A DNA stretch of 64,000 bases from Macrostomum hystrix. Taxonomy: Eukaryota; Animalia; Platyhelminthes. Positions 33,874 to 46,760 of the stretch are shown here, in pieces (within the stretch, counting starts at the first letter, position 1; the number at the start of each line of letters is the position of its first letter). The notes under the pieces were generated by a model. That model saw nothing but the letters and a program-made list of their open reading frames with translations, was not told the DNA's origin and ran no database searches. The stretch spans positions 10,912,001 to 10,976,000 of the forward strand of contig CATNEN010000007.1 in NCBI GenBank assembly GCA_950097015.1, written 5' to 3'. The translations under genes and the position numbers were made by a program.

Positions 33874-36800
33874 TCAGTCGCAGGCGGCAGACCTGGGCAT
33901 GGCTGCCAGGCGAGCGGCCAGACAGGCAAAGCTGGGCCGCTGGTCGGGGCAATAGCGCCAGCACCGTAGCATGAGATCGTACACTGGGGCTGGGCAGGCG
34001 GCCGGGCAGGGCAGGCGGTCGCCCCGCTCCAGCATCTGCACAATCTCCGTGCCTTTGAGATCGTGATAGGGCCTGGCGCCGTAGCTGAACAGCTCCCAGC
34101 AGGTGACGCCGAAGCTCCAGACGTCGGACTGGCAGCTGAAGCGGAAGTAGTAGATGCACTCGGGGCTGTACCACTTCAGAGGCCAACGACCCGCGGCGTC
34201 CGCGCGGTAATAGTCGCTGTTGCCGGCCAGGGCCCGGCTGAGGCCGAAGTCCGAGATCTTCGCGCTGCACCGGCCAGCCAGCAGGACGTTGCGCGCGGCC
34301 AGGTCGCGGTGAACGAGCCGGCGGGACTCCAGGTAGCGCATGCCCAGCGACACCTGGTGGGCCAGATCCGTCAACTGCTCCACCGGGCACTCACTGCGGG
34401 ACCGGGAGTTCAGGGTACGGGGGGTTCAGAGTCGGCGTGTAACTGTGCAAACACTCGTTGAGTCAGCAGCTGCTCCTGCCCGCTAAACTCTCAGAACTCA
34501 CTCCAGTTAGCCTAGCTGACGGGCAGAAGCATTCATTGTATTGTATGCACAAGCAAATAGAGATTATTTATCTTATCCATAGGCATTTTACTTCAGAACA
34601 AAACTTACTCGCCTAAGGCCTTAAGGTAAAGCTGGAACTCGCAGATCAGATGCCCCTGAACAAGTAGTCTCCAATGCGGGCATGAACATTACCGGAGATT
34701 GAAATTGTCATCAGACTAGCCAAACTTCAAAATATCTACTGTTAGTAGCCCAGTAGGTAAAGCGACCATTTTATCTCTAGGTAACCTAGTTTTACAAGAG
34801 GAAACCCTTTTTGCTGTAAAAGTGACGCACGGGTGCTTCCTAAGGAACTTGTTGACGGGACCCAGCGGCGCCAGTTCCAGCACCAGCATCAGGCAGCCGC
34901 TGTCCGGCTCCCGGCTTAGCCCCAGCAGGCGCAGCACCCGGGGATGCCGCAGGCCGCACATGGCCCGCGCCTCAGCCAGGACTTCGGCTTCAGCCTCAGC
35001 GCCGGCGCCAGAGCGGAGAGTCTTCACAGCGACGCGGGTCTCCCGGCCCGTCCGCGGATCGCGGTACTGAGCGGCGCGAACTTCGCCAAAGTTGCCACCA
35101 CCAAGGCGCTCCCCAAGCCGTAGCCGATCTGCGGGCAGCTCCGGGGTAGCCCCGCGTGAGTTGTCGAGGGCCTGGTTGTCATAGTCATCGCCGTCGCTGC
35201 TGCCGCTGTACCACCAGTCGGCCATGTCGATGCCGCCGCAGCTGATGGCGCATTTGCCGCTGCCGATGTCAATAGGCTGATCATTCTTTCTGCATTCTCT
35301 TTCCTCTTTACCGCTACCATCTACTTCGCCGTCGTCGTCGATTCGCACCAACACGTCGACTGCGACGGACGTGGGTCGGCCGGGTTTACTGGCTCCCGGC
35401 TGCTCCAGGTCGGAGGCCTGGCGATGGCGACGGCTATGGCAGCAGCGGCAGGTGTCCGAGGCGGCGGAGGAGCAGGACGATGAGGACGGGTCGGTGAGGT
35501 CCGAGTCGGTGGACAGCTGGCGGCTCTGCGAGGATGGGAACGGGCGGGAAAATGCAGAGGCCGGCCGATACAAGCGAGGCAGCTTATCAATCAACAGTGC
35601 ACAGAGTTATAGAGTGCAAGTCCGCAGAGTCAATCCTTGCAGCTTAGGGCCGCCAGCTAGTTTTAGGACAGTTCAGTCCACCAGAACTTGTGTAAGTAAA
35701 AAATCTGGTAGAAAACATGCATTTTCAAACTAAATAACAACACTGCGAACAAAACATTCCCACAGGACAGTGACTGGCTGGGAATGAGATCACAGACAAG
35801 GCAAGGCTGACGAATGCACACTTTAGCTGGATGCCGCGATGGCGCCAGTGAAACAAAATCTGCAACTTGCCCCGGAGCAGTGAGTCAGCACCCAAGGGGC
35901 CAGTTCACTGAGTTCAGCGAAACTAAGCCAATTGCGATTTCTGCAGTTTGACACGCGCCCGCGGTTCCCCTTGAAATCTGCTCCTGTCCATCCGCTGTGA
36001 CTCGCCGAACTGCCAAGACCTCCGCACAGAAGCGGTCACTCGCGTGCTAGTAGGACGGCGGGCAGAGTCTCGGCCGCCTGAATTCAAGCAATCAAGTGGC
36101 CGAGAAGAAAAAAGTCCGAAAAGGCTGCCTGCCACCTTTGACTCAGTCCGTCTAATTAGTAGCCACCAACGCAGAAGTCGCACGCGCTTTTAAGGCCTAA
36201 TTGGTCTACTTCTCTCAGGCTGCGCTGGGCTGGGAGGCTGCAATAAGGCAGCTTTAGACAAAAAAAGAGCTTAAAAGCAACGGCGAATGCGCAAAGAACT
36301 AGCAGAGGCGCCGAGCACGAAGCATCATCAGAAAATGTGTCCCCTCGACTCCCTGACCTCAATTGGAGAGTTGTGATGGGGCACGTGGAATCCAAGGCCC
36401 ATTGATTAACTTTTAATCTCTGGCCCGGCCGTTAGCGCATGGGAGCCGGCAGATCCCCCGGGCCCAATTTGCTGGAATTGACTGGCCGAGAAGTGAATGC
36501 AGACGGCGCTGGAAGGGTCACTCGGGCACCTATCAGATCTACTGACAGGCCGCAGGGTTCTCGGGAACTGCGGATTAGGATCGGACGCGTAATCAAGGCT
36601 AGATTAGACCTGAGACTAAGCCCCCGGATACTAAATTAGACTTGAACGGGTCGCAGCGGCAAGGCAGCAGTGATTGGCTATAAATTTAGCTTCATTCTGA
36701 AGTCACTCCGAGCTGGTCCGGCCTCTCCAAGCCACATTGGCCAGCTGTGCCAGAGAAAGCGTCTGAGCCTGGAAGACTCAACTCAATCAGTGCAACAAAT

Positions 36801-39800
36801 TTTCTGAGCCAATTTTCGACAGAGACCGAGAGACATAATCGCATCTGCAACCGGCAGCGGGCTCCATCAGGTTGCCAGGGGTGGCACGGATGAAGCTGCA
36901 ACTTAGCTGGGCAGAAGAGGCGGTGGGCACTCGGGTACCCCTAGCTCGGCATTGGTAATTGAGAGGCCATCGCCGCCCGCTGACTGTTGTTGCTTTAGTT
37001 GATTAAGCCGACGGCGATTGGGATTTTTAGGGAACACGAGAAATGAAGCATTGTGTGCCAAGGACTTAAAGCAGTTGCGGCTAGGGAGAGCTCCGACATG
37101 CGAGTTTCCGCTGGCTGGGAGCACGAACGGCAGGCATGGGACGCGGATGCCGCCACTGCAGGCTGGGGGGAGCCCCGGTCAGGAAGCGGACTGTTGTGAC
37201 GCTGCCATTAATCAGCCTGCCCAGGTTGCCCCAATAGCAGGCACACGGCTTAGTCAGGTCACCAGTCTGCTGATCCGCTGGCCAGATACGGGCGCTTCAC
37301 TTGCCAATGGGCTAATAGTGCAAACACTGCAGACACCAAGACTTGTGTCTTGGTTCGTAGCTACGCAACAAATAGTAGTATAAAAGGGCCCCTGTGTGTA
37401 GCTTATAGCAATGGGACTCGACTGGGCGCACTCGCACCTTGCAGCTCCAGCTTAATTGGCAAGCAGGATTGGGGCTGGATGGGGAGGGTATAGAAAAAAT
37501 CCCCAGCTTATAGACCGGCATCCGGGAGAGCTGGTTTGTTATTGAGTTGGGTGAGCTGAGGTAGGGGAGGCGGACAGAAGTTTTAAATCCCGGCAGCGGG
37601 CGGAGCGGGCAACTCGGCAACAAGATTTGCGAGCCTCGCCGGACGAGCAGCGGCCATGGGATCCGAGGAGGCGGATTGCGGCTAATGCGACGGGCAGCGG
37701 CTGAGCACAGCTTGCCAGCCAAGACTGGGAGAGTCCATTGCAGAGGCCGCAGAGGCACGGACTGGCTCAGCGAGAAGACGGGTAAATGGAGAAGCCACGC
37801 CCGCCAGAACTCTTAGGATCGGAGACATGCAACTCAGGCGGAGGGACCGGGGTTCGAACTGATGCTGACAAGGGCCGGGCAGCTGGAGTCGGGTTCCTAA
37901 TAGCCGGCATTAACCGGAACCAGGCCTAGAGTAAAGCTTGCAGCACGGGAAAGCAGCAAATGCGCGCCAGATTTAAGGAAAAGTTGACGAGATGCACAGA
38001 TGCACATCGGGAGAATTGCCGGAGCGAAATTTAAGGAAAAAATTAGCAGCCTGAAGCAACTAGCGCACCAGCGGTATTGCCCAAAAAACTGTTTATTTAC
38101 CGGCCTGGTTACGAGCCCGCCAGCAGATGCAGTCAGTAGCGTGGGAAATCCTGCCGCAGAAGACAGGCCTTTTCGATTGCCAGACAGTCAGACACGAGAA
38201 ACAAGAAAATGCGAGGGCGCACTTTGAAGGAAGCAGATTTGGAAATCTGAATCGACAGAGAAGGTTTATAGCAATTTGATCATTCGCCTATTAGCAAAGG
38301 GCGCCAAAGGCCAGAGAGCTGTGACAGACGCTGGAATTAGAGAGGCCCAGGCCTGGCAGCGCAGCCTGCTGTCGCAAAGCATGAATACTATTGAAGCCTG
38401 GAACAAAACAGCCGCCTCTGCTGCGGAATTGGCGTGGCTGCGGCACACAAGAAGCAGAGAAAAGAGAGCATGAAAGCAGCGCCACGGCCAAGGGCACAGC
38501 AGCTGCAACTGCGCAGGACAAAGGCCCATTGTGCTGCGCATGGGAAGGCGATGAGGCAGGGGGGAGTCTGGGGCTGGGTTGCTGAATGGCGGCCTCAGAA
38601 GGCCGGAGCTGTCAGGTCGCTGAGAAATCAATTATCGAAATTCAATGCCACTCTGCCCTGCTTCTCCGCGCTGACTTCTGGGGCCGGGGGCCGACTCGCC
38701 AAGAGCACTTTCTCCTCCCACTGGCTCCATTGTGCCAGAGGGTCAAGCGGCGTGTTGTGGGACCTGTTTGTATTAAGGCCAGCCTTGCAGAAGTAAATGA
38801 ATTGGGGCTTCACCGCTGGAAGCTGCTGAAACCGAAATAGTGCACAGTGGGCAGCAGGCGGCCCGCCCGGTCTGCCAGGAAATCCTCCGTTGCGACAGGC
38901 GTGACCAGTAGGATTTCAGGCAGCGGATGGAGGCACAATTTAAGCGTGAAATGTCTCATTGCGAATAGCCAAGCCGATTGTCGGGCTAATCCGCCCAGCT
39001 TCTTCGTCCCCAGTTCTCAGCTGGCGAGGCGGCTGCGTCACGCACAGGGAGGCCGCGGCGCAGAACGCTGCGTAGCGGAAGGCTCGCTTAGCACACCGGG
39101 ACACCAACAGGAAGTGGCGGCTTGGGGAAGAAAGGAGCCGGAAGTCTCAGGTAGAGACCGGAGAAGCAGCGAAGAGTGCGGGCCACTTCCCACCAGAGAG
39201 ATGCGAATGAGTATCAGCAATGAACTTGGAAGAGCTGGGATTAGTTCTCTAAGGGATCTCCGCCGCACATTTGTTCACACAGTGGATCAACTCCTAACTG
39301 AAGGGATTAAATCCACACAGGAGATCTAGTCCTCACAGGGATCAAATCCTCAAAGGGGATTGAATCCTCAAAGGGGATTGAATCCTCACTGGGTATCAAA
39401 TCCTAACATCGGATCTAATCACAACACAATAGATGCAATCCTCACAGGGAATAACATCCACACAGGTAAACAAATCTAATCTCTGGGATCAAATCAAGCA
39501 CCTCCCTAATCCTAAGGAACAGATCTCAAAGAGGCAACAGAGGATCAAATAATCTCATTTATTTAAGTAAGTTAATTAAAACCCCGTGAAGTTTTATGTT
39601 GGCGATACAAAATCATACAGCTGCTATCCAGTCAAACATTACGGATCTTACTGCGCTCTCTAAGTCGGCCGCCTCTGCCCAGCTGAGCCTTGAGCGTCCC
39701 TGACTGCCGGCCGCTGCGCCGGTAGTGTCGTTCACGGCCGCGGCGCTGGCATCGGGCCTGGCCACTGGGCGGCGAAGGCGGCACAGCAGGCCATCCTGCC

Positions 39801-40614
39801 GCAGGTGGTAGTGATCGACAAGCTGCGCCAGAGAGGCGAACGCCTGGCCGCCTTCGATGCGAAGCCGCCGGCCGTCGGACAGCCGGTCGATCCTGTAGTG
39901 CTTCGGCTCCCGGCGGCAGCTTAGGCTCAGCGCGAAGGCGCCACCGCCGCAAGCGCTGCGCACCAGGAAGGCACCCTCGACGTGACCAGCGGCTGCCAAT
40001 CGACGCTCGGCCTCTTCGCGACAGACGCGGCCGTGGAACCAGGCCTGGCCGAGGTGCAGCTCCGCCAGAGCCAGGCGGCAGGCGATATCTCGCCTGGAGC
40101 CGTTCAAGCTTCGGGCTTCGCAGCCGAGCTGCGTTGCCTTGGCAACCACAGCGGCAGCCAAGTCGTCCAGTGTGACACCCTGCAGTGCTAGTGGGCTGGC
40201 GCCGGCGGGTCGCTCGCAAGGCAGGCTGGCGAGTGTGACGAATCCATCCAAGCGGACCGCATGGTGCTGCAGGAGTTCAACTGGGCCGGGGAAGGCACGG
40301 CCGTGGGCGATGCGGTAGGCTCCATCGGGCTGCCGCTCAACGCTGTAGTGCAGAACACGGCCAGCATGGCAGATGCTGACAGCATAGTTGCCGCCGGGCG
40401 AGGCGCGCAGCAGGAAGAGGCCGTCGGCGGCGCCTCGGGCCAGCAGTTGCTCCTCGGCCTGCTCGCGTGTCAGCCGGCCGTGGAAGTAGGCCTGGCCAGC
40501 CGGGCTGGCCGCAGGACGACGGAGGCTGGCGACCTCCAGGCTGGTGGCAGCGGCTTCACCGCAGCCGCAGCAGCCGGAACAGCAGGGCACGTACGGGTTG
40601 GCTGGGAATTTCAT
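33874..40614 (-). CDS. SYK: Syk/ZAP-70 family tyrosine kinase (tandem SH2 plus kinase), 3 exons
   Basis: Exons 40614-39652 (SH2 YFHGRLTRE..GLFLLR and WFHGRVCRE..GAFLVR), 35582-34831 (GGGNFG, VAVK) and 34393-33874 (HRDLAARN, DFG, DYYRA..GRWPLKWYSPEC). The exon 2 acceptor is the least certain boundary. Confidence 0.9.
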
Positions 40615-41764
40615 TCATTCGCCGACGGTTCAACAGGGATGAGCAGTCGAGTCGCTGCGGCTTTCTGCGCTTTCTCAGACTTCGGTCTCGCCGCGCCATG
40701 AAAGGAGCTGTAGGGGAGGAGGAGGCGGAAGGGGGGTCGTTGGATCGCCCCAATAGCGAGCGGGCAGAGCAGCAACCAACCAGCTGAGCGCAGAGCTGCA
40801 ACGCGCAGCAGGCAGTGGAGGCATGCGTGAGACACGGCAGAGGGGGGATTCTCCAGCAGCCAGTCCGGAACTGTGATTGACACTGCCTCCGCCTAATGGC
40901 AGGGGAGGGGAGTCAGTCTGGTCAGTTCCCAGTTCCTGCTCTCCTCACACGGGGAATAGAGAGCAGAGAAGACAAGCTACCTGTCTATCAAAGCCCGGCA
41001 CGCAGCCTCCAGTTTGTGCGCCGGTTCCGCGTGCAGTTTTTGGTTGCTAAGTGCAGCTCGGAGATCTGACTCAATCAGCTGGCTGGAGGGGCGCCTCGGT
41101 TTGCCGCAAGTGGGTGCCACTAAATCAACCCAGTGAAGAGTGGACTGGCTGAGCTGTTTGCCGGAGTATTCGGGTTACGAAGATTGCAAGTTGCAGCGGG
41201 CAAATCGGATTACAAAACATACAGAGAGGGGGCGGACAGGGCGCGACTGGCGAGCTGTACGCAAAGCTGTGTAATCAACTCGAGCACACTGCGCATCCGG
41301 TGTCACCATTTATTTTGGCTGTCTTTTTACAAACAGCTTGTTATTGTAATCTAATTGCCACAGCCATCTCGGCGAGGATCGAGGGCCTTAATCATTGCTT
41401 CTAAAGTTAGTTAAAAATATTCCAATTTAAGTCTAGCTCAAACTGGCGAGCCATGTTCATGGCATGCTACTAACAACCATTAGCATCTCTATCTTAAAGC
41501 AGCTTAATTTCAGATTGATGCCCAGCTCACCTGAGTGTCCAAGGGCATGCCGCCTGCCCAATGCGCAGCGGGCATTTATGGAGCTCGCACAGTTGCAGCC
41601 GGGCGTGGACAGGCGGGCTGCCAGGCGATAGTCTTGGTCCATTGTGCGCTGAGGAGCAACAGAAGGTCGGCGGTATGCAAAGCATCGAAAGAAAATCAAA
41701 GCAAATAGGCAAACATGACAGCCTTGTTCCATTCGTTAGATACGACTTTTATCATTGGACAACA

Positions 41765-42136
41765 CTGAGTTAGTACCCAGGGTCAAAGCAGGGCACGTAC
41801 TGTCACCACTGAGTACCCAGTGTCAAAGCAGCACCACTGAGTACCCAGTGTCAAAGCAGCACCAATGAGTACCCAGTGTCAAAGCAGCACCAATGAGTAC
41901 CCAGTGTCAAAGCAGCACCAATGAGTACCCAGTGTCAAAGCAGCACCAATGAGTACCCAGGGTCAAAGCAGCACCAATGAGTACCCAGTGTCAAAGCAGC
42001 ACCAATGAGTACCCAGTGTCAAAGCAGCACCAATGAGTACCCAGTGTCAAAGCAGCACCAATGAGTACCCAGTGTCAAAGCAGCACCAATGAGTACCCAG
42101 TGTCAAAGCAGCACCAATGAGTACCCAGGGTCAAAG
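41765..42136. repeat. 28-bp minisatellite (GAGTACCCAGTGTCAAAGCAGCACCAAT), ~12 copies
   Basis: Direct inspection. Confidence 0.95.
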
Positions 42137-42680
42137 GGTAACACTGAGGGGCAAAATTGAAAGGGCTGTGTAAAGGGATCCCCCAAGCAACTATATTATA
42201 TTGTAAAAAGCAAGCAGAGTCCTGAATACAACGTGTAGTTTTGGAGGTTACTCTTAATAAAAGAGACGCATAATGTAGTTTTCAGAATAATTAACGAAAG
42301 TGTTTAACGACGGGAGACAGTTAAATTATTTTGACCGGGAGTGAAGCGGGTATGTTTTAAGAAAAGACTAGCCAATGGGATTTATGCTGCCTGTATTTTC
42401 AGCTGCTCGAGATAAACAGTGGATAAAAATGTGGATAAAAAAGCTGCGAATTCGGGGTCTAAACAAAACAAAGACTTGCATTCCACAGTCAGCAGCTGCA
42501 TTAGACGGTTGATCAGGCTCTGCGTTAAAGAATTTCTCGCTGCAGAGAATTTGATAAGAGCTAGAATACTTAATAAAAAGCGCCCAGTACAGGACGGTAT
42601 GGCTTAGTGCAGTCGGGGACGCAAACACAACAGCGAACAGTCAGCCAGATCGGTCTGAGCGTATCGGTCACACCAATGCG

Positions 42681-42863
42681 TCACTTGCTCTCGGCGGCCT
42701 GGGCTCCGGTGTCAGCAACGGCCTGCTTGGCGGCTCCCTTGGCCTGCTTAGCCGCGGCCTTCGTGGCCTTCGCATTCTTGGCTGGCGAGGCCTTCTTGGT
42801 GGCGCCCTTTTTGCCGCCCTTCTTGGCTTTGCCTTTGCGTGCAGTCTGGCGAGAACGAGCCAT
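42681..42863 (-). CDS. 60-aa Lys/Ala-rich basic microprotein with an H3-tail-like N-terminus and no histone fold
   Basis: MARSRQTARKGKAKKGGKKGATKKASPAKNAKATKAAAKQAKGAAKQAVADTGAQAAESK*. GC3-rich codons (AAG/GCC) within AT-rich flanks. Pyrimidine-rich acceptor TCTCGTCTTGCAG 17 nt before the ATG. Confidence 0.7.
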   Translation of the reverse strand: MARSRQTARKGKAKKGGKKGATKKASPAKNAKATKAAAKQAKGAAKQAVADTGAQAAESK

Positions 42864-43708
42864 TGCTGTCAGGCGATTGACTGCAAGACGAGAATGGCAA
42901 CAGCATGCTTTTGGCATATTTATGGTAGGATTTATGTCAGTGCTATTCTTGTCAGAATATAAATTATTTTGCTACCTTTTTCAAATAAGCACAATTGTGA
43001 AGCCAAAAACATGATATTTTTGCATAATATAGCTACGATACAAAAGAACATTTATATTTTCTTCAACACTCTTTATGATAAGTTTAATAAAATGCAGTAA
43101 ACCTGATAAACTGTTTGAATAATATGGATGTCCATGCAACAACTATACATTACCATAGATAAACCATTAGGAGCACTAACAAAGTAATATACAAGTAGCA
43201 GAATATTTTCAGCAGAAGATAGCAGAACAGCAGAATATTTTTATAGTAAAGTCAGGTCTTGTGTGAACTATATAATTGGTTTTTGAATAATTAAAAGCAT
43301 GTTTTAATGCTTCAATATAATTTTTGTGTCAAGTAGCATCAAGTCTAGTAATCACTACAAAAAGAAACATTTTTTGTCATTCATCTAACAATAGTGAAGG
43401 ACAATTTTATTTAGCAATAGCAAACCATCTATTTCTAGACTCTGATATAATTAATAATTATACAACTCATTGAAAATGATAGACATACCACTGGCTTTGT
43501 CAACCAAAAAGTCATGTCTCAAAAATGTTTTTTACTCACTATATTTATATTAGTAAAAGATCAGTAACAATAATAAAATTTAACGTTGGTTTTGGTTCCA
43601 CCCGAAAAAATTTGCTTGTTATTTTTCTTGAGGATTGAATAGGCTACTGTCAAGTCTAACCTATGATTAAATAACATACATAGCATAGCCAAATAAGTAT
43701 AGAAATAT

Positions 43709-43875
43709 CAGTGGCAATGACAGCCATGATTTTCCTCTAGGGGGCCAAAGGCGCCACTTCCATTGTCAATGCTATACCCAACACTCATAGTGCAGTGTAG
43801 CAGTAGTAGCTATCAGCCCTAAAAGTTAGGTGCCTAGGGAGTCATGACCTATTGACCCCTCTGGTTATACTACTG
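43709..43875. mobile_element. Small degenerate MITE, hAT-like
   Basis: 8-bp TSD AGAAATAT at 43701-43708 and 43876-43883; ends CAGTGG.../...CTACTG. Confidence 0.6.
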
Positions 43876-44508
43876 AGAAATATCAATACAAAACATCTAG
43901 TAGGGCCTACTTGACTTTTAAGAAGCAATGGTCCGCAAAAAAGAAATATTTAGCATAGTAAAAAAAGAAGTGTAAGCTAAATCAAGTGTCAAATATTTTT
44001 ATACAAGAAATGCTTAAAATATTGCTTTGTCAGCTGGGCTATTTTTGTTGGTACATAGGCTTGGCTTGCTAAAAATGTTGTTTATTTAAAAAAATTTCAC
44101 TTGAATTTAACTTTATTACTTTGATTACTTAGATTTACCCAGTCTGTCTACAAGCATACAAACTAACTACAGGGCATTATAACAATCACTTTAATTCTTA
44201 TGGTATGAATTAAAACTTGATATTATTAAATTTAAACATTTGTGATCTCCTAGAACTCAAACACTCACAGTTTGCCCTCAGTTTTCCATAGACTGTACAT
44301 TGGCAACTATAAATCAAGTCAACACTCTAGTTTCTATTGATAGGTAACAAACTGACCTAACTTTAACTCTAAGATTCGCCAACTGACTGGATGACAAAGT
44401 GTCTGATCTGATCTGAGAAGTTTATTATAACAGTGTAAGAAAAAGCAGATGACAAAGTGTCCACAAACCATTGAGAAGGCATATAGCAAAATGTGTGCTA
44501 TTGTTTAT

Positions 44509-45147
44509 GAAAGTGCTTATTCCCATGGTCCTGTTGCAATAATTTTCTGCTTATCCACATGGTAGCTTGTATGTCTACTTTCAAGTCCCTACCTATTCTT
44601 CTCTGAGCATAAGGCTTTTGCTTCAGAGTATAGTGTATAGTGTACACTATCAATGCATAGTGTAAAATAATAAAAATGATGTATAGTATGTGTGACGAGT
44701 TTGGTGCTGACTAGAATTCTGCTGGTTGACTCGTATGATTTTCTTTGATAGACTTCTTACTTTTTAAGTCAATACAATTTGAATGAAAACACATAACGAT
44801 GACAAAAGATTTAGTAAGTTGTTATTACAATAATTAAAAAGGATCAATGACAATAATGTTGGTTAATGAATGTGTAGGTCGAAATATAAAACACTGTCGT
44901 AACACACTGGCAACTTAGTTGATCTATTGGCTCGAGGGTTCAACAAAACGTTCAAACCCAAAAGGGCCTCGTTTCAAAGATCAGAACCATGTGGATAAAA
45001 TTGAAATTAATGGCACGGCATATTTATATTAAGAGTTTTAGACCTATTCATACAAGCTGCCATGTGGATAAGCAGAAAATTATTGGCACGGCTCTGTATG
45101 GATAAAATTGAAATTATTGGCACGGGACCATGGGAATAAGCTCTGCC
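44509..45147. mobile_element. Non-autonomous TIR element (Mutator-like MITE)
   Basis: Inverted blocks GCTTATTCCCATGGTCC and CAATAATTTTCTGCTTATCCACATGG..GCTTGTATG at both ends. 9-bp TSD ATTGTTTAT at 44500-44508 and 45148-45156. Confidence 0.8.
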
Positions 45148-45639
45148 ATTGTTTATACCCAACTCATATAGGCAATAGGCCTAGCTTCAGCTAACCTCTA
45201 GTTTGAGGCTAATTAAATTGACAAAAATCTAACATAATAATTATAAAAGCAGACATACTCTAGGTTTGAACATCTAGTTGTAATTAATTTTATAAAAAAC
45301 TATATTAACAACTTCCTTAGGCATATAGGAAAAAATAAATAAATGACAAAAAATCAACAAATAACAACCAAGTTCTAACAAGCCACTCCAAATTCATAGT
45401 AGGCCTAGGCCTACTGTGCTCAGATAGTGTAGTAGTGTGCCACCCAGAAGAGAATGTTGCCAAAGGTTCATGTAACAAGGCAAGAAAAACTTTTGTGACT
45501 CTGTCTACAAATAGAATAGCTAATTAAATACTGTATAACTGTCTCATTTTTTATATAAAGCATAATACAAGCACTATGCCAGTTGGCTAGGCGATTGTTG
45601 TCAATTGCAACTCAGACTGAAAACAATTAGCATAGCTAG

Positions 45640-46760
45640 ATAGCACAAACTCCACGTTCCAGTGTAAGTTCGAGCAGTGGCATAGCTAGGATTTTGAAAT
45701 CAGTTGATTTTAATTTAATCAGTAAGTGAAATGCAAATAGATGGATCCTAAGAGATGGGATTTTGTGCTTGTTTCCAGAAAACCTCAAGTCTGGTTTAGG
45801 CAACTTACATCTATGGTCTTTCCTAAGTTGGTTTCGAGAAACCTCCCCAGCTTGTGTCAATTGCACTACAAGACTGACTTCATTGCTGTCCTCAGTGCAA
45901 CTTCGCCATCCATGATGCAGGCAAGATCAACTGTTGATAATGCAGGTAGAGAGGCTTTAGCTTCCTCCCAAAGTTGCCTATCTCGAGCTTCAAGCTTATG
46001 GTCATGAACGAGAAACAACACAGGGCAAATTGGGTTCCCATGAAACATAGGGAGACGCATGACGAGTGTAGCACCAGTCATTTCAAAACCGGTGTCATAT
46101 GAAAGGAGTTGCTTCTTGTCTCTCAAAAGCAGGACGCGGTTTAAAAGTTCGACAAGTTCTACATGGCCTGCAGTTACCGCTACAAACATTGGGAAATGTT
46201 TGAATGCTCCGAACAAAGCCTGGAATTCCATTTGCAATGATGTGCACACTGCTTATCGCGTCACAACTAAGTTTGTTCATGGCAGACAGAGTCTGTCTTA
46301 GATTTTGCACTTGCTTAAAATTGCGAGGTAGGCACGCTGGGTTGCTAGAATTTCCTGAGTGAAGATGGTAGGCTTGCGACAGTGCATTATGAGCTAGATC
46401 AACTCTCATTTTCACTAGCAATTATGGGCAAGTTTGTAGGTAGGGCCCACAGCGAACGCTATTTCCATGGTAGACACTGTGAGCATCTGGCTGCACCTAC
46501 TTGAGCTGCCAACATAGTGAACCAGAGCTTTTCTAAAAGCGAGATAAAAAGTTCAAAGAATTAAGAAGACATTCACACACAGACTAATGGAAGGAACTTA
46601 AAAATGGCATTATTTATTTACACTTTGTTGATATCTCTTGTCCCATTAGCTAAAAGTTGGTATGCATGTCATACAAATAGTCGCGAAAGTTGGCCACCGA
46701 CAAGTCGAGACGAATATCTGTACTTGTACAGTTGTAGCTGTCTCCTGAAAAAAAAGTATT
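45640..46760 (-). pseudogene. Decayed Mutator-like (MULE) transposase
   Basis: Frameshifted/stop-interrupted pieces: PRNFKQVQN, FVRSIQTFP, LSYDTGFEM, PICPVLFLVHDHK, CIMDGEVALRTAM, SRNQLRKD (DT-F, D-E and CxxH-like MULE motifs). Confidence 0.65.

Noticed and set aside
33874-40614. Shark kinase
   Set aside because: No ankyrin repeats between the SH2 domains.
42681-42917. Canonical histone H3/H1 gene, or the longer 78-aa ORF start
   Set aside because: No histone fold or winged-helix domain. The upstream ATG lies before a strong acceptor, and the H3 register fits only the ATG at 42863.
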